Shown: positions 46,503 to 54,771 of the stretch, one piece after another
How positions within the stretch are numbered: position 1 is the stretch's first letter
Layout of the letters: each line of letters begins with the position of its first letter
From: Solirubrobacteraceae bacterium
GTDB lineage: Bacteria; Actinomycetota; Thermoleophilia; Solirubrobacterales; Solirubrobacteraceae
DNA: 64,000 nt
Reading direction: 5' to 3'
Assembly: GCA_036555665.1 (NCBI GenBank)
Contig: DATBKW010000373.1
Location: 1,898 to 65,897, forward strand
Translations under genes and position numbers: made by a program
The notes under the pieces: model-generated
The model's database searches: none
What the model saw: only the letters and a program-made list of their open reading frames with translations
Told to the model about the DNA's origin: nothing

Positions 46503-48173
46503 TCAGGCCGTCGCCGGACCCGTGCCGCTGCGCAGCAGGCTGCCGCGGCCGGTCGGCCACGGCAGGCAGTTCGTGCCCGAGCGCGGGACGCGGTAGACGT
46601 CGAGCCCGTGGTCGAAGGTCGAGAGAACGATTTCCAGGCGCCCGTCGCCGCCGAGATCGGCGATCGAAGGCGCGGCCGGGACGCCGATCCCGTTGCCGTC
46701 GTTGCCCTGATGGCGAAGGCGGATGTCGTAGAGCCGCTTGCCGGCGGCGGAGAGCACCACGAGACGGCCCGAGCGCCGGGTCGCTCCGTACGTCCCGAAG
46801 ACGAGCTCGGACGTGCCGTCGCGGTTGAGGTCGGCGGCCACCACCTCCGAAGCAAACGTTTTCTTGGCGCCGCGGGCGTAGTCGTAGCGCCATAGGCGCC
46901 TGCCGGTCGGCCCCACCGCGTAGACGTAGCCGTCGGGAACGGGCGCGACGATCTCGGGGCGGCGGTCGCCGGCGATGTCGACGACCGTCGGCGCGGGGAT
47001 GCCGCTCGGCGGGTAATAGTCGCTCGCACCGCGCACCGCCGGCTTGCGGCTGCGCGGCAAGGTCGTAAAGCCCTTGTGCCTGCGGGCCGAGCGCACGCCG
47101 CCGTTCTGCGCGCCGTCGAGCGCCATGAACGCGTAGGCCTGCGTCTCGTAGGGCTCCTTCATCTCCACGTTGGGCAGCCCGATCACCTCGTTGTGCCCGT
47201 CTTGGTCGAGGTCGGCGAGCGACGGCGGCGATGCGGTCCACTGCAGCCACGCGGTCTTGCGCACGTCGGGCCACGGACCGGTGTGGCGGTGGTACTGGTC
47301 GTTCTCGACCTTCGGGCTCAGCCAGCGGATGAACTGCCCCCACCCCAGGCGCGCGCCGACGTGGCCGCTCTCGCGGTTCGTGTACCACGGCGAGGCGAGG
47401 ACGGAAGTGCCGTCGTCGTTGAAGACGTTGATCTGGTGGTTGTCGAAGGTGACGACGATCTCCAGCTGCGGATCGTCGTCGAGGTTGCCGATCCCGACGT
47501 TCTCGCCGTAGGCGCCGTAGCCGTGGTTGCCGACGCCGTTGAAGCCGGCGTCGGAGGCGTTGTAGCGAGGCCATGCGCCCGGTGGCCCGTACGGCCTCCC
47601 GGAGGCATCGAAGACGAAGACCTGCGAGCCGGTCGACGACGTGTTCGTCGTGGTCACCACCACCTCGAGGCGGCCGTCGCCGTTGAGGTCGGCTGCCGCC
47701 ATGCCGCGCGCCTCGGGGCACTGGCCACCACTGCACGTCGACGCCGGCCAGCCCGCCTTGAGCGCCAGGCGGCCACCGACGAGGTCGTAGGCCGCGACCG
47801 TGCCGTCGTTGCCGCCGACGACGATCTCGGGGACCTTGTCGCCGTCGAGGTCCGCCACCACGCCGGGCGCGTAGACCCGTCCCTTGGTGGCGGTGCCCTT
47901 GCCGAGCTGATGCCCGGCGGCGTCGAAGACGAAGGTCGAGTAGTCGGGCGCGACGATCTCGAGCTTGCCGTCGCCGTTGAGGTCGGCCAGCCCGGGCGAC
48001 GAGAACCATCCGGTCTCGCCGGTCGGGATGTTGCGGACGAAGCGCGGCTTGGCGACCTTGGCCTTGGCCTTGGTGCGCACGCATGCGGTGGCGGCGGCGT
48101 CGGAGGCGGGCGCGGCCGCGCCGCAGCTCAGCACGAACGCCGCGAGCGCGACGAGGGGCAGGCGCCGGCGCAT
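46503..48173 (-). CDS. Secreted FG-GAP repeat (integrin-alpha-like beta-propeller) protein
   Basis: 556 aa. Signal peptide 'MRRRLPLVALAAFVLSCGAAAPA'. Seven Ca-binding-like blades 'DLNGDGKLEIV', 'DLDGDKVPEIVVG', 'DLNGDGRLEVVV', 'DLDQDGHNEVI', 'DIAGDRRPEIV', 'DLNRDGTSELVFG', 'DLGGDGRLEIVL'. Confidence 0.7.
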   Translation of the reverse strand: MRRRLPLVALAAFVLSCGAAAPASDAAATACVRTKAKAKVAKPRFVRNIPTGETGWFSSPGLADLNGDGKLEIVAPDYSTFVFDAAGHQLGKGTATKGRVYAPGVVADLDGDKVPEIVVGGNDGTVAAYDLVGGRLALKAGWPASTCSGGQCPEARGMAAADLNGDGRLEVVVTTTNTSSTGSQVFVFDASGRPYGPPGAWPRYNASDAGFNGVGNHGYGAYGENVGIGNLDDDPQLEIVVTFDNHQINVFNDDGTSVLASPWYTNRESGHVGARLGWGQFIRWLSPKVENDQYHRHTGPWPDVRKTAWLQWTASPPSLADLDQDGHNEVIGLPNVEMKEPYETQAYAFMALDGAQNGGVRSARRHKGFTTLPRSRKPAVRGASDYYPPSGIPAPTVVDIAGDRRPEIVAPVPDGYVYAVGPTGRRLWRYDYARGAKKTFASEVVAADLNRDGTSELVFGTYGATRRSGRLVVLSAAGKRLYDIRLRHQGNDGNGIGVPAAPSIADLGGDGRLEIVLSTFDHGLDVYRVPRSGTNCLPWPTGRGSLLRSGTGPATA

Positions 48174-48188
48174 GGCCGGGCACCCTAC

Positions 48189-49154
48189 TCACCCCATCAA
48201 CGCGTCGCCCAGCGCGGTGCGCACGTAGAGGACCGAGCGGCCGTCACGGCGGCCGCTGACGAGCCCCGCGTCGCGCAGCGCCGTGAGGTGGTGCGACGCG
48301 TTTCCCGGACTGAGCGACAGGCGCTCGGCGAGTTCGGTCGTCGACCGCGGCGCGCCGAGGTCGGCGAGCACCGCCGCGCGCGTGGGACCCATCAGGCGAG
48401 CGAGGCCGTTGGGCGCCGGCGCAGCCTCGTCCCACAGCGTCGCGATGCCGCGCGCCGGATAGATCACCGTCGGCTGCCACGGCGCGCGGTCGATGACGTG
48501 GGGCCGCGTCGCCGCGAAGGCCGATGGCATCAGCACGAGGCCCCGGCCGCCGAGCTCGATCGTCGCCTCGTGGACGGGGACGCGGACGGTGAGGCGATTG
48601 TCCTGCCAGGAGATCTCGTCGGCGATGTCGGCGAACAGCGCCGCGGGCCCGCCGGTCGCCAGTCGGCGCGCGCGGTAGGCGATGTCGGCATCGAGAAAGG
48701 CGTGTATGCGCGGCCACACCGGCTCGACGGCTCGCGCCCAGTAGGCCTCGAGCACATCCGCGAGCCGGCGCACCTCGCGGCGCGGGTGCTCCAGCCACGG
48801 CGCGGCGATCTCGGCGCCGCGCCGGTGCTGCGAGCCGAACAGCGTCATCTCCGACCGGATCTCCGCGATCGGCGTCGCGCGCAGGGCCGCGAGGTCGTCC
48901 TCGATGCTGCCCAGCGGTCCCGCGGGCGGCGGCGTGATGAAGTCCGGCCCGTAGCCGCGCGGCGGGGTCAGCGCGACGGCTCGATCCAGCGCGAGCCCGT
49001 CCAGCCGCCCGCTCAGCGAGCGCAGCCAGGGCAGGTGCAGCGCCGCGTGCGACCGGTCGCGCAGCGCGACGAGCGAGCGCTCCAGCTCCCACATCGGCGA
49101 GATCGCGAAGCGGGTGCTGGCGAGATCCTCGACCTCGAAGACGAACCGGACCAC
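48189..49154 (-). CDS. ArsR-family regulator with large N-terminal domain (DUF5937-like)
   Basis: 321 aa, GTG start. C-terminal wHTH 'TTELAERLSLSPGNASHHLTALRDAGLVSGRRDGRSVLY'. Confidence 0.7.
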   Translation of the reverse strand: MVRFVFEVEDLASTRFAISPMWELERSLVALRDRSHAALHLPWLRSLSGRLDGLALDRAVALTPPRGYGPDFITPPPAGPLGSIEDDLAALRATPIAEIRSEMTLFGSQHRRGAEIAAPWLEHPRREVRRLADVLEAYWARAVEPVWPRIHAFLDADIAYRARRLATGGPAALFADIADEISWQDNRLTVRVPVHEATIELGGRGLVLMPSAFAATRPHVIDRAPWQPTVIYPARGIATLWDEAAPAPNGLARLMGPTRAAVLADLGAPRSTTELAERLSLSPGNASHHLTALRDAGLVSGRRDGRSVLYVRTALGDALMG

Positions 49155-49214
49155 CGGCGGAACCTAGGGCCTCGGCACCGTGACCGGAAGCAGCGACCTC
49201 GGCACCATGAACCC

Positions 49215-49562
49215 CTACGCCCGCGGCACCATGACCTCGAGGACGGTGCCGTCGAGGTCGGGGAAGTAGATCGAGTCGCTTTCGCGATGGCGTTCGGGCT
49301 GGTAGGCGATCCCGAGGCGATCGAGCCGCGCGGCGACGCGCCGCTGGCCGGCGTGGTCGGTGGCCAGCGCGACATGGCGCAGGCCGGGTGCGCGCTCGGC
49401 GAAGAGGCCCAGGCGCGCGCCGACGGGGCCGAGGAAGACCGGCTCCTCCGGCACGGCGTGGCGCGCGTGGGCGCGCAGGCCGAGGACCTCCTCGTACCAG
49501 GCGATCGAGGCCTGGCGGTCGTGGACGTCGAGGGACACGTGGTCGATGCGGATCAGTTGCAT
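49215..49562 (-). CDS. VOC/glyoxalase-family protein
   Basis: ATG at 49562 ('MQLIRIDHVSLDVHD'; the track starts at GTG 49580). 'SIYFPDLDGTVLEV' at the C-terminus. Confidence 0.7.
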   Translation of the reverse strand: MQLIRIDHVSLDVHDRQASIAWYEEVLGLRAHARHAVPEEPVFLGPVGARLGLFAERAPGLRHVALATDHAGQRRVAARLDRLGIAYQPERHRESDSIYFPDLDGTVLEVMVPRA

Positions 49563-49599
49563 GGCCGGAGCGTCGGGCACGGCGCCCGTCCGCGCGATG

Positions 49600-49619
49600 G
49601 ATTTGATTCACATCAAATC
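49600..49619. promoter_or_regulatory. Perfect AT-rich 20-nt palindrome, candidate operator
   Basis: GATTTGAT-tcac-ATCAAATC in the divergent intergenic region between 49562(-) and 49657(+). Confidence 0.45.
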
Positions 49620-49656
49620 GTTCGTCAGGGTCGCGGGGCGCCGGGACGCTGGCGCC

Positions 49657-51018
49657 ATGACCAACACCGCATCGCTCACCACCGGCGCCGGCCATGTCGT
49701 CGCGCCCGCCATCTCGCTGCCCGGCTCCCCGAACTACGACACGGACCGCGCCGCGTGGAACCTCACCGCCGATCAGCGGCCGGCCGCCGTCTGCGTGGCC
49801 ACCAGCGTGGCGCACGTGCAGGCCGCCATCGCCTATGCCCGCGTGCGCGGCCTGCGCGTCGCCGCGCAGGCCACGGGCCATTTCGCCCACGGCCTGCCGC
49901 CGCTGCACCGCACGCTGCTGCTCAAGCTCGCGCTGCACCGCGAGCAGGCCATCGCGGTCGACCCCGTCGCGCGCACGGCCCGCGTCCCCGCGGGCGCGCG
50001 CTGGATCGACGTCGTCGGCGCCGTCGCGCCGCACGGCCTCGCCGCGATGCACGGCTCGGCGCCGACCGTCGGCGTGATGGGCTACCTGGTCGGCGGCGGC
50101 CTGTCGTTCTACGGGCGCGCGCACGGCCTGGCCGCCAACCACGTGCGGGCCTTCGAGGTCGTCGCGCCCGACGGCCGCGCGCTGCGCGCCGACGCCGACG
50201 AGAACCCGGAGCTGTTCTGGGCGCTGCGCGGCGGCGGGGGCGGCTACGCATTGATCACCGCGGTCGAGATCGAGCTCCTGCCCTACGCGCAGGTCACGGG
50301 CGGCGCGCTGTTCTTCGCGGCGGACCGCGCGCCGGCGCTTCTGCGGGCATGGCGCGACTGGACGCGCACCGCGCCCGAGACGATGACGACGACCTTCCGC
50401 GTCCTGCAGTTGCCGCCGCTGCCGCATGTGCCGGAGCCGCTGCGCGGCGTCGCGACCGTCTGCGTCGACGGCGTGTCGCTCGACCCGGAGGTCGCGGCCG
50501 ACCTCGACCGGCGCCTGCGCGCGCAGGCGCAGCCGATCCTCGGCGGCTTCGGTCCGATGCCCAGCGCCGCGGTCGCACACCTCCACGGCGATCCCGAGGA
50601 GCCGGTGCCGGCCATCACCGACGGCATTCTGCTCGAAGACCTCGGCGACGACGCCATGGCCGCGTTCCTGCGGGTCGCCGGGCCGGGCTCGCCGCTGCTC
50701 GCGGCCGAACTGCGCCACCTGGGCGGGGCGCTCGCCGACGAGCCGGCCGACGCCGGCGCCCGCGCCCGGCTCGAGGGCGAGTTCCTCCTGCTCGGCGTCG
50801 GCATGCCCGGGCCCGCCGGCCTCACGCCGGTCGAGGCGCACTTCGACCACCTGTTCGAGGCGATGCGCCCGGCCGCGACCGGTACCCGCTTCGCGAGCGT
50901 CGCCCAGCGCTGGACCTCGATGCGCACCTGCGTGCCCGACGCTGCGCTGCAGCGCCTCGCGCGCCTGCGGGCCGAGCTCGATCCCGACGACCTGCTCGTC
51001 GCGCCCCAGCTCCCGTGA
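49657..51018 (+). CDS. FAD-linked oxidase (FAD_binding_4 / BBE-like)
   Basis: ATG at 49657 in track ORF 49360..51018. 'PAAVCVATSVAHVQAAIAYARVRGLRVAAQATGH', 'GGGLSFYGRAHGL', 'NPELFWALRGGGGG'. Confidence 0.75.
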   Translation: MTNTASLTTGAGHVVAPAISLPGSPNYDTDRAAWNLTADQRPAAVCVATSVAHVQAAIAYARVRGLRVAAQATGHFAHGLPPLHRTLLLKLALHREQAIAVDPVARTARVPAGARWIDVVGAVAPHGLAAMHGSAPTVGVMGYLVGGGLSFYGRAHGLAANHVRAFEVVAPDGRALRADADENPELFWALRGGGGGYALITAVEIELLPYAQVTGGALFFAADRAPALLRAWRDWTRTAPETMTTTFRVLQLPPLPHVPEPLRGVATVCVDGVSLDPEVAADLDRRLRAQAQPILGGFGPMPSAAVAHLHGDPEEPVPAITDGILLEDLGDDAMAAFLRVAGPGSPLLAAELRHLGGALADEPADAGARARLEGEFLLLGVGMPGPAGLTPVEAHFDHLFEAMRPAATGTRFASVAQRWTSMRTCVPDAALQRLARLRAELDPDDLLVAPQLP

Positions 51019-51087
51019 CCGGACTCCGACCGGCAGCGCTGACGGGCTGAACACTTTCGAATGCAGCGGTGATGCGAGGCCGGCGGC

Positions 51088-52092
51088 GTGCTACACCGCG
51101 CCATCGCGGCTCTCGTACATACGACGGCCTCGCGTCAAATCCGCCGGTGGCCGGCCGATCAGCGGGCGGTGGCCAGCCGCCGCACCGTCACCATCACGCT
51201 CGCCGTCGCGCTCTTCGGCGCGGCCCTGAGTCCCCTGGGCGCGTCCGCCGACGCGGCGCCGGCGATCGCGCCCCACGCGCGCGCCGGCGGCCTCGTGCGC
51301 TTCAGCGTCCCGGTCGTCGGTGCACGCACGTGCGTCGTGCGAGCGGCCGGTCGCCGGCGGACCGCGAACGTTGCCGGCGCCGCCAGTGTCAAGGTCAGCT
51401 TTCGCGTCGCCCGTCGTGCCCACGCCGGCACGTGGCTGCTTTCGATCGCCTGCGCGCCGTATACGTCGCAGCGCGTCGTGCTGACGGTCACCGGCGCCGC
51501 GCGCGCGCAGGCGCCGAGCGGGAGGCTCGTGGCCGGCCCGATCCGCATCGCGGTGGTGAAGCCCCCGCCCTCCGCGCGGCCACCGCGCACGCCGCCTGTT
51601 CCGACGCCCGCGGCCGCGCCGGCCGTCGCTGCGCCCATGTCGGAGGCCGATGCCCTGGCCCGCGCCCAGGCGGACTGGGTGACCTACGGCCCCGGGTACA
51701 TCGCGGTGTTCCGCAACGGCCAGTGCACGGACTGGGCCGCGCAGAAGCGCCCCGACATCGTCGAGCGGGCCACCGTCCGGCTGTGGGCCGACCACTACAT
51801 GGGCCTGCCCGACCCGGGCGTGAGCTGGAACGGCGGCTTCTGGGACGACATGGCGCGTGCCGCGCGGATGCCGGTCGGCACGATTCCGAAGGCGGGCGCG
51901 ATCGTCACGTTCGACCCGGGCACCATGGGGGCCGGCCCGGTCACCGGGCATGTCGCCTACGTCGAGAGCGTCGACGACCACGCCGGCACGTTCACCGTCT
52001 CCGAGATGAACGCGCCGGTGCCGTGGGTCGTCTCCCACCGCACGATCGCGAAGAGCGCGATCGCGCAGGGCGGCATCACCTTCGTCTATTAG
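51088..52092 (+). CDS. Secreted CHAP-domain protein (peptidoglycan amidase/endopeptidase-like)
   Basis: 334 aa (alternative GTG at 51169 gives a cleaner signal peptide 'ASRRTVTITLAVALFGAALSPLGASA'). Pro-rich linker. CHAP Cys 'NGQCTDWAA' and His 'GHVAYVESV'. Confidence 0.7.
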   Translation: MLHRAIAALVHTTASRQIRRWPADQRAVASRRTVTITLAVALFGAALSPLGASADAAPAIAPHARAGGLVRFSVPVVGARTCVVRAAGRRRTANVAGAASVKVSFRVARRAHAGTWLLSIACAPYTSQRVVLTVTGAARAQAPSGRLVAGPIRIAVVKPPPSARPPRTPPVPTPAAAPAVAAPMSEADALARAQADWVTYGPGYIAVFRNGQCTDWAAQKRPDIVERATVRLWADHYMGLPDPGVSWNGGFWDDMARAARMPVGTIPKAGAIVTFDPGTMGAGPVTGHVAYVESVDDHAGTFTVSEMNAPVPWVVSHRTIAKSAIAQGGITFVY

Positions 52093-52113
52093 CCGGGTCG
52101 GCCGCGGGCCGGT

Positions 52114-53025
52114 TCAGACCTTCCTGACGATCACACCGCCTTCCTCGAAGTCCGCGACCGTGTCGTTGACCCGCAGGCCGTCGACCGCGCCCTGGAAGTC
52201 CAGGCCTGGATCCCTGCCCTTGCCGATCATCAGCGTGAAGATGCTCGCTGGGTCCCCGCCGTCGTCGAGCTTCGCCTTGATGGCGTCGAAGGTGCACCGG
52301 GCTGCCTGCGTGCACCCGGTGGCCGTACCGGCTGCACCGGTGAGCCACCAGAATCCACTCGACGTGTCGGTGGCGTCGACCGTCGTCCACGCGGATGGGT
52401 TGGTGTTGTTAGGAACGAACGTGAGCGTCGAGAACGTGGTCGGGTTCGTCTCGAGGCGCGGGTTGATCTCGAACTGGATGACGGGCATGTTCGGGTTGCC
52501 GCGCGAGTTGTTCTCGCCGGTCGTGTAGACGGAGAAGCCGACCTTGTCGAGGTTCTCCACCAGCCCATTGCCGGAGACGCCGTAGGCGATCCTCTCGTTG
52601 GACGGGACGAGCAGATTCAGGCTCCCCGTTCCGTAGGGCGGGTGGCTGTCCCCCGAAACCGGGCCCGACCGCAGCTGCGCCACGGGCGCGCCGATCGTGT
52701 TGCGGTTGATGATCCCGAAGTTGCCGCTCGACAGCTCCGGCGTCGAGCCACCCGGGGTCCCGGGTGCGCCCGGAGCGCCGGGTGCCCCAGGTGCGCCGGG
52801 CGCACCGGCCGGCCCTTGCGCGCCGCCCTGGTTGATGCGGTTCTGCGCACCGGTGGTCAACCGGTTCAGCGAGATCACCCCTCTGCGGATGTCCCGGTTC
52901 TGGATCGTCCCGTCCTTGATGTTCCTGCTCGTGAAGACCTGTTGGGCCGCGCCGAAGGCGGTTCCGCCGAGGAGCGAGCCGAGCAGCAACAGCAGGAGAA
53001 CGTTCAGCGTCCGCGTCGGGCGCAT
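52114..53025 (-). CDS. Secreted protein with short collagen-like G-X-Y run and unknown C-terminal domain
   Basis: 303 aa. ATG preceded by AGGGAGG. Signal 'TLNVLLLLLLGSLLGGTAFGAA'. 'GAQGPAGAPGAPGAPGAPGAPGTPG'. The C-terminal roughly 200 aa contains two Cys ('GCTQAARC'). Confidence 0.65.
   Translation of the reverse strand: MRPTRTLNVLLLLLLGSLLGGTAFGAAQQVFTSRNIKDGTIQNRDIRRGVISLNRLTTGAQNRINQGGAQGPAGAPGAPGAPGAPGAPGTPGGSTPELSSGNFGIINRNTIGAPVAQLRSGPVSGDSHPPYGTGSLNLLVPSNERIAYGVSGNGLVENLDKVGFSVYTTGENNSRGNPNMPVIQFEINPRLETNPTTFSTLTFVPNNTNPSAWTTVDATDTSSGFWWLTGAAGTATGCTQAARCTFDAIKAKLDDGGDPASIFTLMIGKGRDPGLDFQGAVDGLRVNDTVADFEEGGVIVRKV
52753..52824 (-). repeat. Coding G-X-Y triplet repeat (8 triplets, including (GAP)5)
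   Basis: Minus-strand codons GGC GCG CAA ... GGG ACC CCG translated directly. Confidence 0.85.
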
Positions 53026-53131
53026 ACGAACCTCCCTTGAAGTTTGCCGCGGGCGCGAGCGAAGGCCCTGACCACCCAGCCCACACCCACGAGTGGTCGG
53101 GGTACATCCTCCGGGCTCGCCGGGCGAGTGC

Positions 53132-53154
53132 GCATCACCCGCGGAGGGTGATGC
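53132..53154 (-). terminator. Hairpin downstream of the ferredoxin gene (possible terminator, no U-tract)
   Basis: GCATCACCC-gcgga-GGGTGATGC, perfect 9-bp stem, 31 nt after the stop at 53185. Confidence 0.35.
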
Positions 53155-53184
53155 TGCGGGGCGATCAGGTGCGGCGCTGGACCG

Positions 53185-53451
53185 CTACGAGCTGCTCGCG
53201 TAGTAGTCCGCGTTGATCTGGGTGTACTTCTGCCACTCCTCCGGGAGCTGGTCCTCGGCGAAGCACGCGTCCACCGGACAGGCCTCGACGCAGGCGTCGC
53301 AGTCGATGCACTCCTCGGGGTCGATGTGGAGCATCTCGACGTTGTCGTAGTCGGGCTCGTCCGGGGTCGGGTGGATGCAGTCCACCGGGCAGACCTCGAC
53401 GCAGGAGTTGTCCTTGGTGCCGATGCACGGCTCGGCGATCACGTAGGTCAT
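53185..53451 (-). CDS. fdxA: 7Fe-type ferredoxin ([3Fe-4S][4Fe-4S]), short form
   Basis: 88 aa. 'CIGTKDNSCVEVCPVDC' (Cx7Cx3CP) and 'CIDCDACVEACP' (CxxCxxCxxxCP). Confidence 0.85.
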   Translation of the reverse strand: MTYVIAEPCIGTKDNSCVEVCPVDCIHPTPDEPDYDNVEMLHIDPEECIDCDACVEACPVDACFAEDQLPEEWQKYTQINADYYASSS

Positions 53452-53756
53452 GGTGCGGTCTCGAACATTGTCTCGACGATCGCCGCGGCCTCGGGCGGGG
53501 CGACGACGTCGAGGATGACGCGCCCGCCGTCGCGCGCGACGGTCAGGGTCAGGAAGGGACAGCAGTCGCGCTCGGCGGCCACCAGCTCGTCGAGCTCAGC
53601 GGCGAGGCGGGGCGCGGACCGGAAGGCGAGGCGCCGGCCTCCTGCGATGGGGCCGGCGTCGACGAGGCTGTCGTCGAGCAGGCTGCGCCAGCGCGCTGCG
53701 CGGTCGGCGGCCGCCGCAGCGGTGAGCGAGCACACCACGGGGACGGAATCGGTCAT
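53448..53756 (-). CDS. Small Cys-motif protein of unknown function
   Basis: ATG at 53756 ('MTDSVPVVCSL...'). Conserved-looking 'AAERDCCPFLTLTV'. Its stop overlaps the ferredoxin ATG (ATGA). Confidence 0.5.
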   Translation of the reverse strand: MTDSVPVVCSLTAAAAADRAARWRSLLDDSLVDAGPIAGGRRLAFRSAPRLAAELDELVAAERDCCPFLTLTVARDGGRVILDVVAPPEAAAIVETMFETAP

Positions 53757-53802
53757 GGTGCTAGCGTCGACCTTCAAGTCGGCTGGAAGTCAAGGGGACG
53801 TC

Positions 53803-54258
53803 ATGAGCGAACCGTCGCAAATGCTCACGATTGGCGAAGTCGCCCGCCGATCCGGCGTCAAGGCGTCGACGCTGCGCTACTACGAGTCGCTCGGCGTCCT
53901 GCCCGAGCCCGAGCGGGTGGCCGGGCAGCGCCGCTACACCGCCGAAGTGCTGCGCCGTCTGGCCGTCGTCGACGTCGTCCAGCGCGCGGGCTTCTCGCTC
54001 GAGGAGATCCGCGACCTCGTCAGCGCCGCCGACGAACCGGCCTCACGGCGGGTGCGCGCGCTGGCCGACCACAAGCTCCCGCAGATCGAGGCGCTCATCG
54101 ACCGCGCGCAGGCGGTGCACCGCTGGCTGCAGGCCGCAAGCGCGTGCGAGTGCGAGACCTTCGACGCGTGCAGCCTGTTCGACGACCGCGCGCTGCGCGA
54201 CGACGAGCGCCTGCCGGTCGGGCGCAGCGCGCTGCTCAGAACAGGTGGCTCTGGCTGA
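53803..54258 (+). CDS. MerR-family transcriptional regulator with C-terminal Cys cluster
   Basis: ATG at 53803. 'LTIGEVARRSGVKASTLRYYESLGVLPEPERVAGQRRY'. C-terminal 'ASACECETFDACSLF'. Confidence 0.8.
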   Translation: MSEPSQMLTIGEVARRSGVKASTLRYYESLGVLPEPERVAGQRRYTAEVLRRLAVVDVVQRAGFSLEEIRDLVSAADEPASRRVRALADHKLPQIEALIDRAQAVHRWLQAASACECETFDACSLFDDRALRDDERLPVGRSALLRTGGSG

Positions 54259-54667
54259 GCGTGATGATCACCGCGGCGAGCGTCGCGACCGCGGCGAGCG
54301 CCTCCGCGGCGACGACCCGGCGCGGCGGGGCGACAGGCGCCCGGCCGCTGACGGCGAGTGCCGCCGCAGTCAGTACGGGCGTGACGCCCGACCAGAACAC
54401 GAGGACCGAGACCACGGCGACGATCGCCAGGATGAGCGCCGTGCGGTCGAGGTTCGTCGCGCGCGGCACCACGTAGCCGAAGAGCGCCAGCGTGAGGGCC
54501 AAGCAGACGACGCCGGTGATGATCGCCGGGCCGGTGCCGCCGTTCTCGCCGCTCTCCACGTGGTAGTTGCCCGCGAACACGATCACGAGCGCTACGACGA
54601 GCCCGATGATTCCGAGCGTGGGCGCAGCGATTCTGGGGCGCGTCAGCGCCCCCTCGAGGTTGCTCAT
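54236..54667 (-). CDS. Small 4-TM membrane protein
   Basis: 143 aa with four clear hydrophobic helices. No recognisable motif. Confidence 0.5.
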   Translation of the reverse strand: MSNLEGALTRPRIAAPTLGIIGLVVALVIVFAGNYHVESGENGGTGPAIITGVVCLALTLALFGYVVPRATNLDRTALILAIVAVVSVLVFWSGVTPVLTAAALAVSGRAPVAPPRRVVAAEALAAVATLAAVIITLSQSHLF

Positions 54668-54771
54668 CCCTTCCCCTGTCTATCTGCGCTCGTCCCTTCG
54701 CGAGCGACCGGCGCACCGTAATGTCGCCGACGGTGCCCACGCAAGATTCCGCACTGACCGAAAGTTCGTAG

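Noticed and set aside
47076-51050. 1324-aa plus-strand ORF crossing the FG-GAP, ArsR, VOC and FAD-oxidase loci
   Set aside because: It overlaps four well-supported genes on both strands. The composition is Arg/Ala/Gly/Asp-rich, so it is an artefact.
51088-53025. Prophage remnant (CHAP lysin plus collagen-like tail-fibre-type protein)
   Set aside because: No integrase, terminase, capsid, holin or att-like repeats in the neighbourhood. Both proteins have ordinary Sec signal peptides.
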